Assembly: GCA_963806175.1 (NCBI GenBank)
Contig: CAWDXA010000011.1
Location: 666,065-730,064, forward strand
Direction of reading: 5' to 3'
From: an uncultured Chloroflexia bacterium
Lineage (GTDB): Bacteria; Chloroflexota; Limnocylindria; Limnocylindrales; CSP1-4
Length of the DNA stretch: 64,000 nt
The stretch's first letter is position 1; every line of letters starts with the position of its first letter. The notes below the pieces were generated by a model, which was not told the origin of the DNA, did not search any database, and worked only from the letters and a program-made list of their open reading frames with translations. Positions 11,733 through 22,159 of the stretch are shown here, piece by piece. The translations under genes were made by a program, and so were the position numbers.

Positions 11733-12538
11733 GCCCGAGCGAGGCCGAGCTCGAGGACTGGCTCGCGTTCGCCCTGGCCTGCTGCGACGAGGCCGACGCG
11801 CTGGCGCTCGCGCATTTCCGGCGCGACCTGGTCATCGAGACCAAGCCCGACCGCTCGTTCGTCACCGAGGCCGACCAGGCGATCGAGCGGGGGATCCGCA
11901 GCCGGATCGCCGCGGCCTATCCGGACCACGGCCTCGTCGGCGAGGAGTACGGGCACGTGGCCGGGCAGGGGAGCGTCACCTGGTACATCGACCCGATCGA
12001 CGGGACGCACAACTTCATGCGCGGGGTGCCGCTCTTCGGCACGCTGCTGGCGGTCGAGGCCGACGGCGAGCTCCAGGTCGGGGTCATGAGCGCTCCGGCA
12101 CTCGGCGGCCGATGGTTCGCCAGGCGCGGCGGCGGTGCGTGGGCCGTCGGCTCGATCGGACGCGGAGGCCGGCCTCCGGCGGTCGATCCGGGTGTCCCGG
12201 GTCGCCCGGCCTGTCCGACGCGCACCTGCTCTACGGCTCCGCCCAGGAGATCGCCGACAGCGGCGCGGCGCCCGGCTTCGCCGGGCTGATCGGCCGGCGT
12301 CTGGCGCGACCGCGGGTTCGGCGACTTCTGGGGCTACGCGCTGGTGGCCGAGGGCGCCGCCGAGGCGATGGTCGAGGTCGGTCCCAAGAGCTGGGACCTC
12401 GCGGCGCCGCTCGTGATCGTCGAGGAAGCCGGCGGCCGGCTGACCGATCTCGACGGCCGCCGGACGATCCACTCCGGTACGGTCCTGGCGACCAACGGGC
12501 CGCTCCACGACGAGATCCTGGCCCGACTTCGGGGCTGA
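11729..12538 (+). pseudogene. inositol monophosphatase / histidinol-phosphatase (HisN-like) family protein, frame broken
   Basis: GTGA overlap with the upstream stop. Motifs: TKPDRSFVTEADQAIERGIRSRI, WYIDPIDGTHNFMRGVP, DFWGYALVAEGAAEAMVE, WDLAAPLVIVEEAGG. Pieced from ORFs 11234, 12135, 11665 and 12344 (at least 3 frame changes). Confidence 0.75.
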
Positions 12539-12587
12539 GCCGGCCCCGGCACCCAACCGAACGGCGGGCTCATGCCGTAGAAGGGGC

Positions 12588-13098
12588 GTGGAGCTCGTGA
12601 CGGCCATCACGCGCGGAACCTCGGACGCCCCGGCGACGCCCGAGGCGTTCGCCGATGGGTGCGACCGCACCTGCCGGCGATGGCGCGACTGGCCGCCCGG
12701 CTCGCCCCGACCGGGGATCGCGACGACATCGTCCAGGAGGCGCTGGCCCGGGCCTGGCAGAAGCGACGCCAGTTCGACGCCCGACGCGGGGCACGCCCGG
12801 TGCGTGGCTGCTGGCGATCACCGCGGACCGCGCCCGGCAGGCTCGACGGCGCCGGCCGGACGCCTGGCTCCCGGCCGAGATCGCCGGCCGCGTCCGATCG
12901 CCCGACGATCGCCTCGACGTCGAGAGCGCGGTCGCGCGACTGCCGGCTCGACAGCGACTTGCCGTGGACTGCTTCTACTTCGTGGGTCTCACGGTCGCGG
13001 ACACGGCCGCCGTGATGCGCTGCTCCGAGGGCACCGTCAAGTCGACCCTGTCCGACGCCCGAACCCGACTCAAGCCGCTACTGGAGATCAGCGAATGA
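12588..13098 (+). pseudogene. ECF-type RNA polymerase sigma-70 family factor, frame broken twice
   Basis: Region 2 text DDIVQEALARAWQKRRQFD (ORF 12659). Region 4 text LPARQRLAVDCFYFVGLTVADTAAVMRCSEGTVKSTLSDARTRLK (ORF 12655). Confidence 0.7.
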
Positions 13099-13817
13099 CT
13101 GACATCGACACGCTGCTTCACGGCGCCGGCGAGCGCTGGCGCGCGAGCGCAGGCCGATCCCCCGGCGATCGATCCGGCGGTCTTCACGGTCCGGGCGCAA
13201 CCGTCCGACGGGACGCTTCCTGATGGCCGCGACGACCGGGATCGCCGCCGTCGTGGTCATCGGTCGTGGTGGCAATGGCCGTCGGGCCGGGTCGGCCCCG
13301 GGCGTCGGCGGGTCTCCCATCGGGGGCCCATCGCTCGCGCCGGGCGTCGCCGATGCCACTCCGTCCGTGTCGCCGGAGGCAAGCCAGGCCGCGTCGTTCA
13401 CGTGCGACGTGACGCGCCCGACGGACCCGCTCGTCCCGCCCGCGGGCTACCCGGCCGAGCCGCCGCCCGGCTACGAGGGCGGTGTGGTACGGCACGCCGG
13501 CGCTGTGGACGACGCTCGATCGGAACGGCGAGACCTGGGCACACCTGCCGGTCAGCTCCGACGGCCTGTCGCAGAAGACCTGGTGGTGGAGCACCGACTG
13601 GGTGCCCGAGGCCGACCCGGTCCCGGACATCACGGTGGTCGGGACGCGCCTCGATGCGCCAGGATCGTTCGAGGCGAACCAGGCGACGAACGCCACCGCG
13701 GAATTCGGGACCGCGATGCTGGTCGGGGTGACGATCCCCAGCCCCGGCTGCTGGCGCCTGACCGGCACGTATCTCGACGGTTCGTTGTCGATCGTGGTGG
13801 AGGTCAAGGGGGACTGA
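13095..13817 (+). pseudogene. hypothetical single-pass membrane/exported protein downstream of the ECF sigma (possible anti-sigma or sigma-regulated protein), frame broken
   Basis: ATGA overlap with the sigma stop. MTDIDTLLHGAGERWRAS, then TM-like MAATTGIAAVVVIG (ORF 13223), then C-terminal domain WYGTPALWTTLDRNGETW...CWRLTGTYLDGSLSIVVEVKGD* (ORF 13482). No family recognised. Confidence 0.35.
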
Positions 13818-13840
13818 GGTCGATCGAACCCTGCTGAGCC

Positions 13841-13872
13841 AGCCGGATCGGGTCTGGGGGCCCGATCCGGCT
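13841..13872. terminator. bidirectional hairpin between convergent genes
   Basis: Perfect 12-bp stem: AGCCGGATCGGG (13841-13852) and CCCGATCCGGCT (13861-13872), with an 8-nt loop. It overlaps the DedA stop codon. Confidence 0.5.
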
Positions 13873-14549
13873 ACGCGCCGGTTCGACGCTCCAGGGCACC
13901 CAGCGCGAGGCAGGCCGGACAGCAGGCGTCCGCCCAATCGGCCATCGCCGTGATGGCGGGCGTCGGCCGGCGGCGCCGCCACCGCGTCAGGACGGCCCAG
14001 CCGCCGGCCCCGATCACGGCGAGGCCCAGCGACGCCGATCGCGAGCGTCCCGAGCGCGCCGCCGGACGACGGCCACGACCGGCGGCCCGATCAGGTAGCC
14101 GAGCCCGAAATGGGCGCCGATGAACAGGGCGTTCCCGATGCGCCAGGCCGGCGACGAACGCGGCGGCCGGGACGCCGGCCAGGGCGCTCGCGGCGATCGC
14201 CACGATCCGGACACCGGGCGTGGACCGGGCGATCGCGACGGACCGTGCGCCGCCGCGACGGAGTCGCTCGGTCTGGCGGTCGACGCGCTCGGCCGACCCG
14301 AGCCGGCCGAGGAGGCGCAGGAGCAGGGGCCGCGCGACCGAGCGGAGCAGCCCGTACTGCGCGATCCCGCCGACGATGCTCGCGAGCACGATCGCGACGA
14401 GCGCGACCAGCGGGTCGAGGCTGCCCTGGTTGGCCGCCACGCCGGCGCCGATCACGACCAGGTCGCCGGGCACCGGGATCGGGACTGCCGGCCTCCTTGA
14501 CCAGGATCAGGCCGGCGATCGCGAGCAGCGGGGCGGCGTCGGGTGGCAT
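13871..14549 (-). pseudogene. DedA/SNARE-associated family membrane protein, frame broken
   Basis: MPPDAAPLLAIAGLILVKEAG (ORF 14091..14609), PGDLVVIGAGVAANQGSLDPLVALVAIVLASIVGG...STPGVRIVAIAASALAGV (ORF 13871..14473), NALFIGAHFGLGYLIG (ORF 14014..14214). At least 3 frame changes. Confidence 0.65.
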
Positions 14550-14562
14550 GGACAGGCGTCGA

Positions 14563-15171
14563 TCAGGGTGCCGGCCGGATCCGCCCGCGGAGCACGGCGA
14601 GCACGACACCGACGGCGATCGTGAGCAGCCCGAGGCCGACGCCCACGACGAACCACAGCCCCATCCCGATGATCACGAACACGATCAGGATGGCGCTCAC
14701 GATGCGGCTGTCGCTCGTGACGGCCGACCGGGCGAACGACGACAGCGCGCCCGGCGATGGCAGGCCGGTCGACCGGATCGAGCTCGTCGAGCTGGCGCGC
14801 AGGACGTCGAGCGTCTCGTCGTCGACGAGGTCCTCGACGACCTCGGCCATCGCCGCCTCCTCGAATGCCGCCGCCGCCGCGACCCGGTCGCCTCGGCGTG
14901 GTGACCGAGATCGACCAGTCGGTGGCCGCCCACGTGCCGCTGAAGCCGCCTCGCGAGAATGCCCGGATCACCGTCTCGCGAGCGGCCGACGACCGCCTCC
15001 TCGAACAGGCCGCCACGACCGGCGGCGATCGGCGGCGGCCCGGGCGCGCGCCTGGCCGCGCGGCGGGTCGCGTCGGGCGGGGCGATCACCACGACCTGCA
15101 GGTTGACCCGGGTGAGTCGCTCGAGCAGGTCGTCGACCCGGGCGCGCGCGGCGTTCGACCGGATCGGTCAT
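14563..15171 (-). pseudogene. hypothetical protein with a C-terminal membrane anchor, frame broken
   Basis: ATG 15171 gives MTDPVERRARVDDLLERLTRVNLQVVVIAPPDA.... The readable text hops frames and ends in ORF 14563..14850 (AEVVEDLVDDETLDVL...ILIVFVIIGMGLWFVVGVGLGLLTIAVGVVLAVL). It lies 17 nt downstream of the aminotransferase on the same strand. No family recognised. Confidence 0.3.
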
Positions 15172-15187
15172 CCCGCCGGCCGTCCGA

Positions 15188-16511
15188 TCAGGCGCCGGCG
15201 GCGGCCAGGCTTTCGTCCAGGATCGACAGTGCCAGGGCGACCTCATCGGCCGTGGTTACGAGCGGCGGGATGATCCGGATCACGTTGACGTAGGTCCCTG
15301 CGGTCAGCACGATCAGGTGGCGCGCCAGCGCCTCGGCCTGGATCCGCCTGGTCAGTTCCGGATCGGGCACCCGGCCGTCGCCCACGCTCCGGCTTGACCA
15401 GTTCGAGGGCGACCATCAGTCCGAGCCCGCGCGCGTCGCCGACCGACCCGTAGCGGGCCGCCAGGGCACGCAGCCCGGACAGGAACTGGACCCCGCGTTC
15501 GCGGGCGTTGGCGACGAGCCCCTCGTCCTCGATGACGTCGAGGGTCGCGTTCGCCGCCGCGCACGAGACCACGTTGCCGCCGTACGTCCCGCCGTGCGTC
15601 CCCGGCTTCCACTGCGCCATCAGGTCCGCGCGGGCCAGGATCCCGGACAGCGGCAGCCCGGACGCGATGCCCTTGGCCATCACCAGGATGTCGGGCTCGA
15701 CATCCCAGTGCTGGACCGCGAACAGCTCGCCGGTCCGGCCGAAGCCCGTCTGGACCTCGTCGGCGATGAGCAGGATCCCGTGCTGGCGGGTGATCTCGCG
15801 AAGACGGGGCAGGAAGGCCGGCGGCGGGACGATGTAGCCGCCCTCGCCGAGGACGGGCTCGATGAGGATCGCCGCCACGCGGTCCGGGTAGATGAACTGG
15901 TGGAAGGTCAGGTCGAGCTGCGCCTCCCAGTCGCACGTGCAGGCATCGGGCGCGTGGGCGCCGCCGGCGGCCCGGTAGCAGTACGGGTAGGCCGTGTGGT
16001 ACACGGATCCGGGCAGTGGCTCGAAGGCCGCCCGGTAGACGTCCTTGGCCGTGGTCAGCGCCATCGTCTGGGCGGTCCGCCCGTGGTAGCCGTAGCGGAA
16101 GGCGATGATCGCCGGGCGCCCGGTCGCGACGCGTGCCAGCTTGACCGCCGCCTCGACCGCTTCGGCACCCGAGTTGGACAGGAACGCCTGCCACGGCCCG
16201 CCGGGCAGGAGCGTGCGCAGCCGGTCGTACAGCCGGAGACCCGGCTCGTGATAGACGATGTTCTGCTGGCCGTGGAGCAGCCTGGCGGCCTGCGCCGCGA
16301 CCGCCGCCGCGACCCTCGGATGCGCATGACCGGTGTTGGTGACGCCGATCCCCGACGAGTAGTCGAGGTAGCGCTCGCCGTCGCGGGTGATCAGCCAGGA
16401 GCCCTCGCCGCGGTCGACGTCCAGGTTCGTGATCCGGCTCCAGACCGGCGGCACGACCGAGTGGTCGGGGAGCGGGTCGGTGGCCGGGCTGCGGCTCTCG
16501 GTCTCGAGCAT
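15188..16511 (-). pseudogene. class-III PLP aminotransferase (GABA/putrescine aminotransferase-like), single frameshift near 15385-15400
   Basis: ORF 15243..16511 carries SSGIGVTNTGHAHP, FLSNSGAEAVEAAVKLAR, LIADEVQTGFGRTG, VMAKGIASGLP. The C-terminus continues in ORF 15188..15385 (LTAGTYVNVIRIIPPLVTT). It is the last catalytic gene of the pot operon. Confidence 0.85.
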
Positions 16512-16527
16512 GTCGGGTCTCCAGCGC

Positions 16528-17415
16528 TCAGCGGATGCGGGCGGCGCGACCCGATCGAAGCGAGGTCAGCCCGACCAGTGTCACCGCGCCGAGGAAGATG
16601 ATCGATCCGATGACGTTGATCTGCACCGGCAGCGCGTTGCGCTGGATCGAGTAGATCCAGATCGGGAAGGTGTTCGTCGTCCCGGACACGAAGTTGGTGA
16701 TGACGAAGTCGTCGATCGACAGGCTGAACGCCAGCAGCGCGGCGGCCATCACGCCCGGCAGGATCAGCGGGAAGGTGACCTTCCAGAAGGTCGTCAGCTC
16801 GTTGGCGCCGAGGTCCATCGCGGCCTCCTCGAGCCGCCGGTCGAAGCCGGCCAGGCGGGCCTTCACGGTCACGACCACGTAGCTGATGTTGAACATGATG
16901 TGGGCGATGAGGATCGTCGCGAAGCCGGTCGGGTAGAGCGTCGGGACGCTGCCGGACAGCGGCGGCAGGGCCGTGGCCACGAACAGCGTCAGCATGCTCG
17001 CGCCGAGCACGATCTCGGGCGTCGCCATCGGCAGGAAGATGATCCCGTTGAGCGCGCCGCGGCCGCGGAACTGGTAGCGCGTCAGGGCCAGCCCGAGCAT
17101 CGTGCCCATGATCGTGGCGACGATCGTCGACAGGACCGCGATCAGGAGGCTGGTCCGGACGGCGTCGCCGAGCCCGGGCCAGTCGAACGGGTGGAGCCAG
17201 CCGCTCAGCGAGAACTCGTTCCAGACGTAGTTGAACTTGCCCTCCGGCCGGTTGAACGAGAACACGATCATGACGATGATCGGGATCATCAGGTACAGGA
17301 TCGCGAGCACGGTGAAGGCCGGCAGGATCCGCGGGCCAAGCCGCTGGCCGAGCGACCCGCGCGGCGCCGTCCTCGCGACCTGGGCGGCCGGGAGCGCGGC
17401 CGAATTGGTCGCCAT
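16528..17415 (-). CDS. potC: spermidine/putrescine ABC transporter permease (PotC-like)
   Basis: Intact 295 aa, 6 TM, EAA-type loop LEEAAMDLGANELTTFWKVTFPLILPG. ATGA-type overlap with potB. Confidence 0.85.
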   Translation of the reverse strand: MATNSAALPAAQVARTAPRGSLGQRLGPRILPAFTVLAILYLMIPIIVMIVFSFNRPEGKFNYVWNEFSLSGWLHPFDWPGLGDAVRTSLLIAVLSTIVATIMGTMLGLALTRYQFRGRGALNGIIFLPMATPEIVLGASMLTLFVATALPPLSGSVPTLYPTGFATILIAHIMFNISYVVVTVKARLAGFDRRLEEAAMDLGANELTTFWKVTFPLILPGVMAAALLAFSLSIDDFVITNFVSGTTNTFPIWIYSIQRNALPVQINVIGSIIFLGAVTLVGLTSLRSGRAARIR

Positions 17416-18305
17416 CAGCCGGTCAGCTGTTCGGTGCCGAGCAGCCGGGCATAGATCGCCACGGCCACCAGGATTCCGGCCATCAGCACGAACGAGAGCG
17501 CCGAGCCGACCGGGTAGTCGTTCTGGACCAGCAGCCGGTTCTGGATGACGTTGCCGATCATCCGGGTCCCCGGGCTGCCCAGCAGCTCGGCGTTGATGTA
17601 GTCGCCCATCGCGGGGATGAACGTGAGCAGCGAGCCGGCGAACACGCCCGGCAGCGCCAGCGGCAGGGTGACTCGCCGGAAGGCGGCGGCGCGATTGGCA
17701 TAGAGGTCCTCGGCCGCCTCGATCAGCCGGATGTCGATCTTCTCGAGGGCCACGTAGAGCGGCAGGATCATGAACGGCAGGAAGTTGTAGGTGATCCCGG
17801 CGACCTGGGCGATCGGCGTCCCGAGGATGCTGAACGTGCCCGGCAGCAGGCCGAACGTGTGCTTGAGCGGCGCCAGGATCGGGCCCTCGTCGCCCAGCAG
17901 GATCTTCCAGCTGATCGTCCGGATCAGGAAGCTCGTGAAGAACGGGGCGATGACCAGGAACAGGATCACGTTCTTGTAGCGGCCGCCGCGGAAGGCGATC
18001 GTGTAGGCGACCGGGAAGCCGATCAGCAGGGTGAGGATGGTCGCGACGCCGCCGTACAGGATCGAATTGAGGAACTGCTTGCCGAACTTGTTGAGCGCCT
18101 CGGTGTAGGCGTCGGCGGACAGGGTGATCGTGTAGCCGTTCTCGACGGAGCCGGTCGAGATCGAGTAGGTGAACATCTGGACCGCCGGCAGCACGTAGAA
18201 CACGGCCAGCCAGAGCAGGCCCGGCGCCAGCAGCAGGTACGGCAGGGCCTTGCCCAGCCGTCCCCGGAGACCGGGGCCCGGCCGGGCGACTGGCACTGCC
18301 GTCAT
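17415..18305 (-). CDS. potB: spermidine/putrescine ABC transporter permease (PotB-like)
   Basis: Intact 296 aa. Loop motif LIEAAEDLYANRAAAFRRVTLPLALPG. Confidence 0.85.
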   Translation of the reverse strand: MTAVPVARPGPGLRGRLGKALPYLLLAPGLLWLAVFYVLPAVQMFTYSISTGSVENGYTITLSADAYTEALNKFGKQFLNSILYGGVATILTLLIGFPVAYTIAFRGGRYKNVILFLVIAPFFTSFLIRTISWKILLGDEGPILAPLKHTFGLLPGTFSILGTPIAQVAGITYNFLPFMILPLYVALEKIDIRLIEAAEDLYANRAAAFRRVTLPLALPGVFAGSLLTFIPAMGDYINAELLGSPGTRMIGNVIQNRLLVQNDYPVGSALSFVLMAGILVAVAIYARLLGTEQLTG

Positions 18306-18324
18306 CGCGGGTCCGCCGTTCCGC

Positions 18325-19589
18325 CTAGAGGCCGGAGAGGGTCGCGAACAGGTCGTTCAAGGTCGATCTCGAGGTCGTCCGACAGGAACTGGAAGTTCCG
18401 CTGCTTGGCCACGATGTCCGCGGTCGGGAAGAGCAGGGGGTTGGTCTCGGCGCCCGGGTCGAGCGCCTTGATCTCCGCGTCGGCGCCCTTGACCGGCGAG
18501 ACGTAGTAGACGTAGTCGGCCACCTGGGCCGCGATCTTCGGGTCGTAGACCCAGTTCATCATCAGCTCGGCGGTGTACTTGTTGACCGCGCCCTTGGGCA
18601 TGAGCATGTTGTCGGTCCAGATCATCGTGCCCTCCTCCGGGAAGGCGAACTTGTCGTCTGCGCCACCGGACGACGCGAGGTCGCCGGACCAGACGAAGGC
18701 CGCCCAGACCTTCTTCTGGCCGAAGTCCTGGAGGTACTCGTTGCCGGTGAAGCGGAGGCCCTTGTCGACGAGCGGCTGCATGTCGTCGGCGACCTTCTTG
18801 AGGTCGTCGCTCGTCACCTTGGCGGGATCCGGTTCGATGCCGAGCTTGAGCAGCCCGAGCCCGAACGTGTCGCGCGCCTCGGTCAGGAAGGTCAGCTTGT
18901 CGGCCGGGATGTTCCACAGGTCCGCGATCTTGGTCGGCTCGGCGATCTTGTTCTCGGCCAGGGTCTTGCTGTTGTAGCCGATCCCGGTCATGCCCGACTG
19001 CCACGGGTAGTGGAAGTCGTTGTTCGGGTCCCAGGTCTGGCCGCGCAGCGCGTCGCGCAGGTTGTTGGCGCAGTTGGGGACGTTCTCCTGGTCGATCTGC
19101 TCGGCCCAGCTCTTGGCGATGATCTTGGCGGCCATCCAGTCGGTCAGGACGACCAGGTCCCAGCCGGTCGGCAGGCCGCCGGCAAGGGCCGGGCGGATCG
19201 TCTCGAAGAAGGTCGGGTTGTCGCCGATCTTCTCCTCGTAGTCGACCTCGACGCTGTACTTGCTTCTTGAAGTCCTCGAGCGTCTTGGAGGAGCCGGCCG
19301 GCAGCACGCCGGTGTCGGCGTCGGCCTCGGTCGTCTGGTCGATGTAGGCCGGCCAGTTGGCGAACTTGAGCGGTCCGGTCACGACCTTCTCGGTCGGGGC
19401 CGCGGACGGTGCGACGGACGGCGCGACGGCGGACGCCCCCGCCGCCTCGCTGGGGGCGGCCTCGCTCGGCGCGCTGCTCGACTTCGTTCCGGTGCAGGCC
19501 GCCAGGAATGCGGCGAACCCCGCCATCGCCGTGCCCTGGACGAAGCGGCGGCGCGACACCAGCCGCGGCGGGGACGATTGCTCGCTCAT
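18325..19589 (-). pseudogene. potD: polyamine-type ABC substrate-binding lipoprotein (PotD/PotF-like), two frameshifts
   Basis: SD GAGGAGG precedes ATG 19589. Tat/lipobox-like SRRRFVQGTAMAGFAAFLAAC. The body lies in ORF 18302..19135 (FHYPWQSGMTGIGYN, VWSGD, MIWTDNMLMPKGA). Frame jumps at about 19250 and 18350. Corrected tail is LNDLFATLSGL*, stop at 18325-18327. Confidence 0.8.
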
Positions 19590-19622
19590 GTGCCTCCTCA
19601 ATGGCTATCTCGGGTCGCCGGG

Positions 19623-20753
19623 TCAGGCGGCGGTCGGCTGACCCGGGGTGTCGCGGACCACGAACGTGTGGTCCGGCGACCAGGTCAGCTGGACGGCCTC
19701 ACCCGGGGCCCACAGCTCCGACTTCGTGGCTCGCTCGACGTTCTGCTCGTAGACCATGATCTGCGCGCCTCCCCGCGCCTCCACCAGGTACTGCGTGCTG
19801 ACGCCGAGATACGACGCGTCGCGGACGACGCCCCGCAGGTGATTGTGTCCGGCCGGCGGATCCGCGACCTCGTCGTGGAGGCGGATCTTCTCCGGCCTGA
19901 CGCCGACGTGGACCGTGGCATCGTCGCCGACCAGCGCGCGCGGGGCGCGGACGGTGGTGTCGTCGGCGAGCGTCACGGAGGCATACGACCCGTCGATCCC
20001 GCGGACGGTGCCGGGGAGCAGGTTGCTGACGCCCAGGAAGCTCGCGACGAAGCGGGTCGTCGGTCGTTCATAGAGCGCCTCCGGCTCGCCGAGCTGCTCA
20101 TAGTGCCCCTGGTTCATGACGGCGATGCGATCGGACATCGTCATCGCCTCCTCCTGGTCGTGGGTCACGTAGATGAACGTGATCCCGACTTCCTGCTGGA
20201 TCCGCTTGAGCTCGACCTGCATCTGCTTGCGGAGCTTGAGGTCGAGCGCGCCCAGCGGCTCGTCGAGGAGGAGCACGGCCGGACGATTGATCAGTGCGCG
20301 CGCGAGCGCGACCCGCTGCGCCTGTCCGCCCGAGATCTGGGTCGGCTTGCGAGCCTCGTAGCCCGGCAGCTCGACCAGCTTGAGCATGTCGGTCACGCGC
20401 GACTTGATGTCCGCGTCCTTGACGCCCTTGCGGCGCAGCCCGAAGGCGACGTTCTCGTAGATCGACAGGTGCGGGAACAGCGCGTAGTTCTGGAAGACGG
20501 TGTTGACGTTGCGCTTGTACGGCGGCAGCCAGGTCACGTCCTGGCCCTGCAGCTCGATCAGCCCGGAGGTCGGCGCCTCGAAGCCGCCGATCATCCGCAG
20601 GGTCGTCGTCTTGCCGCACCCGGACGGGCCGAGCAGGCTGAAGAATTCGCCGTCCTCCACCTCGAGGTTGATGTGGTCGACGGCGACTGCGTCGCCGAAC
20701 CGCTTGACCACGTCAACGAGCCTCACGTCGATCGAAGGCACGGTCGTTCGCAC
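19623..20753 (-). CDS. potA: spermidine/putrescine ABC transporter ATP-binding protein (PotA-like)
   Basis: Intact 376 aa. Walker [10 protein letters not shown], signature [15 protein letters not shown], Walker [13 protein letters not shown]-terminal TOBE-like domain. Confidence 0.9.
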   Translation of the reverse strand: MRTTVPSIDVRLVDVVKRFGDAVAVDHINLEVEDGEFFSLLGPSGCGKTTTLRMIGGFEAPTSGLIELQGQDVTWLPPYKRNVNTVFQNYALFPHLSIYENVAFGLRRKGVKDADIKSRVTDMLKLVELPGYEARKPTQISGGQAQRVALARALINRPAVLLLDEPLGALDLKLRKQMQVELKRIQQEVGITFIYVTHDQEEAMTMSDRIAVMNQGHYEQLGEPEALYERPTTRFVASFLGVSNLLPGTVRGIDGSYASVTLADDTTVRAPRALVGDDATVHVGVRPEKIRLHDEVADPPAGHNHLRGVVRDASYLGVSTQYLVEARGGAQIMVYEQNVERATKSELWAPGEAVQLTWSPDHTFVVRDTPGQPTAA

Positions 20754-21079
20754 TCCAACGGGGAAGAACTGCCTGGCGTAGCGGGCCGAGGTGGGCGCGA
20801 GGATATGGTCGCAGCCGGGCGGGTGTCAAGGAAGCGTGGCGCATCGCGGGTCCGCGGGACGCGCCGCGAGATTCGTTGCGATTCGATGCCGGACCCGCGG
20901 AATCCGTCGACCGTGCGGTGGGCCCACGGCGTCGGGACCCGGCCGGTTGTCGGGCTCCCTGGCGCTGGTCACCGACGGGTCTGCGGGGCGCTCCCGGCGA
21001 GCCCGCGGTAGGATATCGACGCGTTCATCGTCAGAACGGCCGACCCCCAATGCCACCACCCGAAGGGACGCAATCGCCG

Positions 21080-22159
21080 ATGTCCACCCTCACCCAGGAC
21101 GCCGTGATCGACGTGCTCCGCACGGTCCAGGAGCCCGAGCTCGGACGCGACCTGATCAGCCTCGACATGGTCAAGGACCTGGTCATCGACGGGACCACCC
21201 TGAGCATGACCATCGAGCTGACGACACCGGCCTGCCCGCTCAAGGACGAGATCGAACGCAATACGCGCGCGGCGCTGTCCGGGATCGGCGCCACGGGGAT
21301 CGACATCGCCTGGGGCGCGATGGTCCGCCGGTCGCAGCCGCGCCAGGCCGAGCAGCTCGTCCCGGGCGTCAAGAACATCGTCGCGGTCGCTTCGGGCAAG
21401 GGCGGGGTCGGGAAGAGCACGGTCAGCGTCAACCTGGCGGTGGCTCTCGCGCAGTCCGGCGCGTCCGTCGGCCTCCTCGACGCCGACATCACCGGCCCGA
21501 ACATCCCGATGATGATGGGCCTCGAGGGGCAGCCGCGAGCCAGTGACAACAACAAGATCACGCCGCTCGAGCGCTACGGCGTCAAGGCCATCTCGATCCA
21601 GTTCTTCGTCCCGGAAGGCCAACCGATCGTCTGGCGCGGACCGCTCGTCGGCGGGGCCATCCAGCAGTTCCTGCGGGACGTGGACTGGGGCGAGCTCGAC
21701 TACCTGGTGATCGACCTGCCGCCGGGCACGTCCGACGCGCAGCTCACGCTGGCCCAGGCGGTCCCGATCTCCGGCGCCGTGCTCGTCACGACACCCCAGG
21801 AGGTGTCACTGGCCGATGTCGGCAAGGCCCTGGCCATGTTCGAGCGGATGAGCGTTCCGGTCCTCGGGCTGGTCGAGAACATGACCGCGTTCGTCTGCCC
21901 GCACTGCGGCGAGGTGACCGATATCTTCGGGCGAGGCGGCGGGGAGCGGTTCGCGGCCGCCCATGGCCTCGACTACCTCGGTGGAATTCCGCTCGACATC
22001 ACGGTGCGCCAGGGTGGGGACGTCGGGGTCCCGGCGGTCGCCCAGCGCGAGCCGGGACCGGCGGCGACGGCGCTGACCGCGATTGCCAAGGCGGTGGCCG
22101 CCCACGTGAGCGTGAGGGCAGCCCAGGCCGCGGCTCAGCCGGTCCTGACCATCTCCTGA
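21080..22159 (+). CDS. apbC: Mrp/NBP35 (ApbC) family iron-sulfur cluster carrier ATPase
   Basis: N-terminal DUF59-like text (VIDVLRTVQEPELGRDLISLDMV...TTPACPL). Deviant Walker A ASGKGGVGKST. CPHC motif (FVCPHCGEV). An alternative start is ATG 21050. Confidence 0.9.
   Translation: MSTLTQDAVIDVLRTVQEPELGRDLISLDMVKDLVIDGTTLSMTIELTTPACPLKDEIERNTRAALSGIGATGIDIAWGAMVRRSQPRQAEQLVPGVKNIVAVASGKGGVGKSTVSVNLAVALAQSGASVGLLDADITGPNIPMMMGLEGQPRASDNNKITPLERYGVKAISIQFFVPEGQPIVWRGPLVGGAIQQFLRDVDWGELDYLVIDLPPGTSDAQLTLAQAVPISGAVLVTTPQEVSLADVGKALAMFERMSVPVLGLVENMTAFVCPHCGEVTDIFGRGGGERFAAAHGLDYLGGIPLDITVRQGGDVGVPAVAQREPGPAATALTAIAKAVAAHVSVRAAQAAAQPVLTIS

Noticed and set aside
13871-14010. Cys-rich C-terminal tail of the DedA-like protein (...MADWADACCPACLALGALERRTGA), considered as a possible metal/thiol motif.
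   Set aside because: The gene lies in the indel-dense zone, so the tail's reading frame is unverified. It is a single short motif with no supporting context.
421-15400. Possibility that the many frameshifts are programmed recoding or real pseudogenes.
   Set aside because: There are no shared slippery heptamers or downstream structures. Indels of both signs occur, compensating pairs occur, and essential genes are hit. Consensus error is far more likely, though only read data can settle it (see the finding on frame breaks).
20791-21546. ORF 20791..21546 (251 aa), and the upstream extension of the mrp ORF from 20876.
   Set aside because: Both are Arg/Pro-rich and overlap the mrp gene out of frame or its untranslated upstream region. 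The Mrp homology text begins at MSTLTQDAVIDVL (21080).
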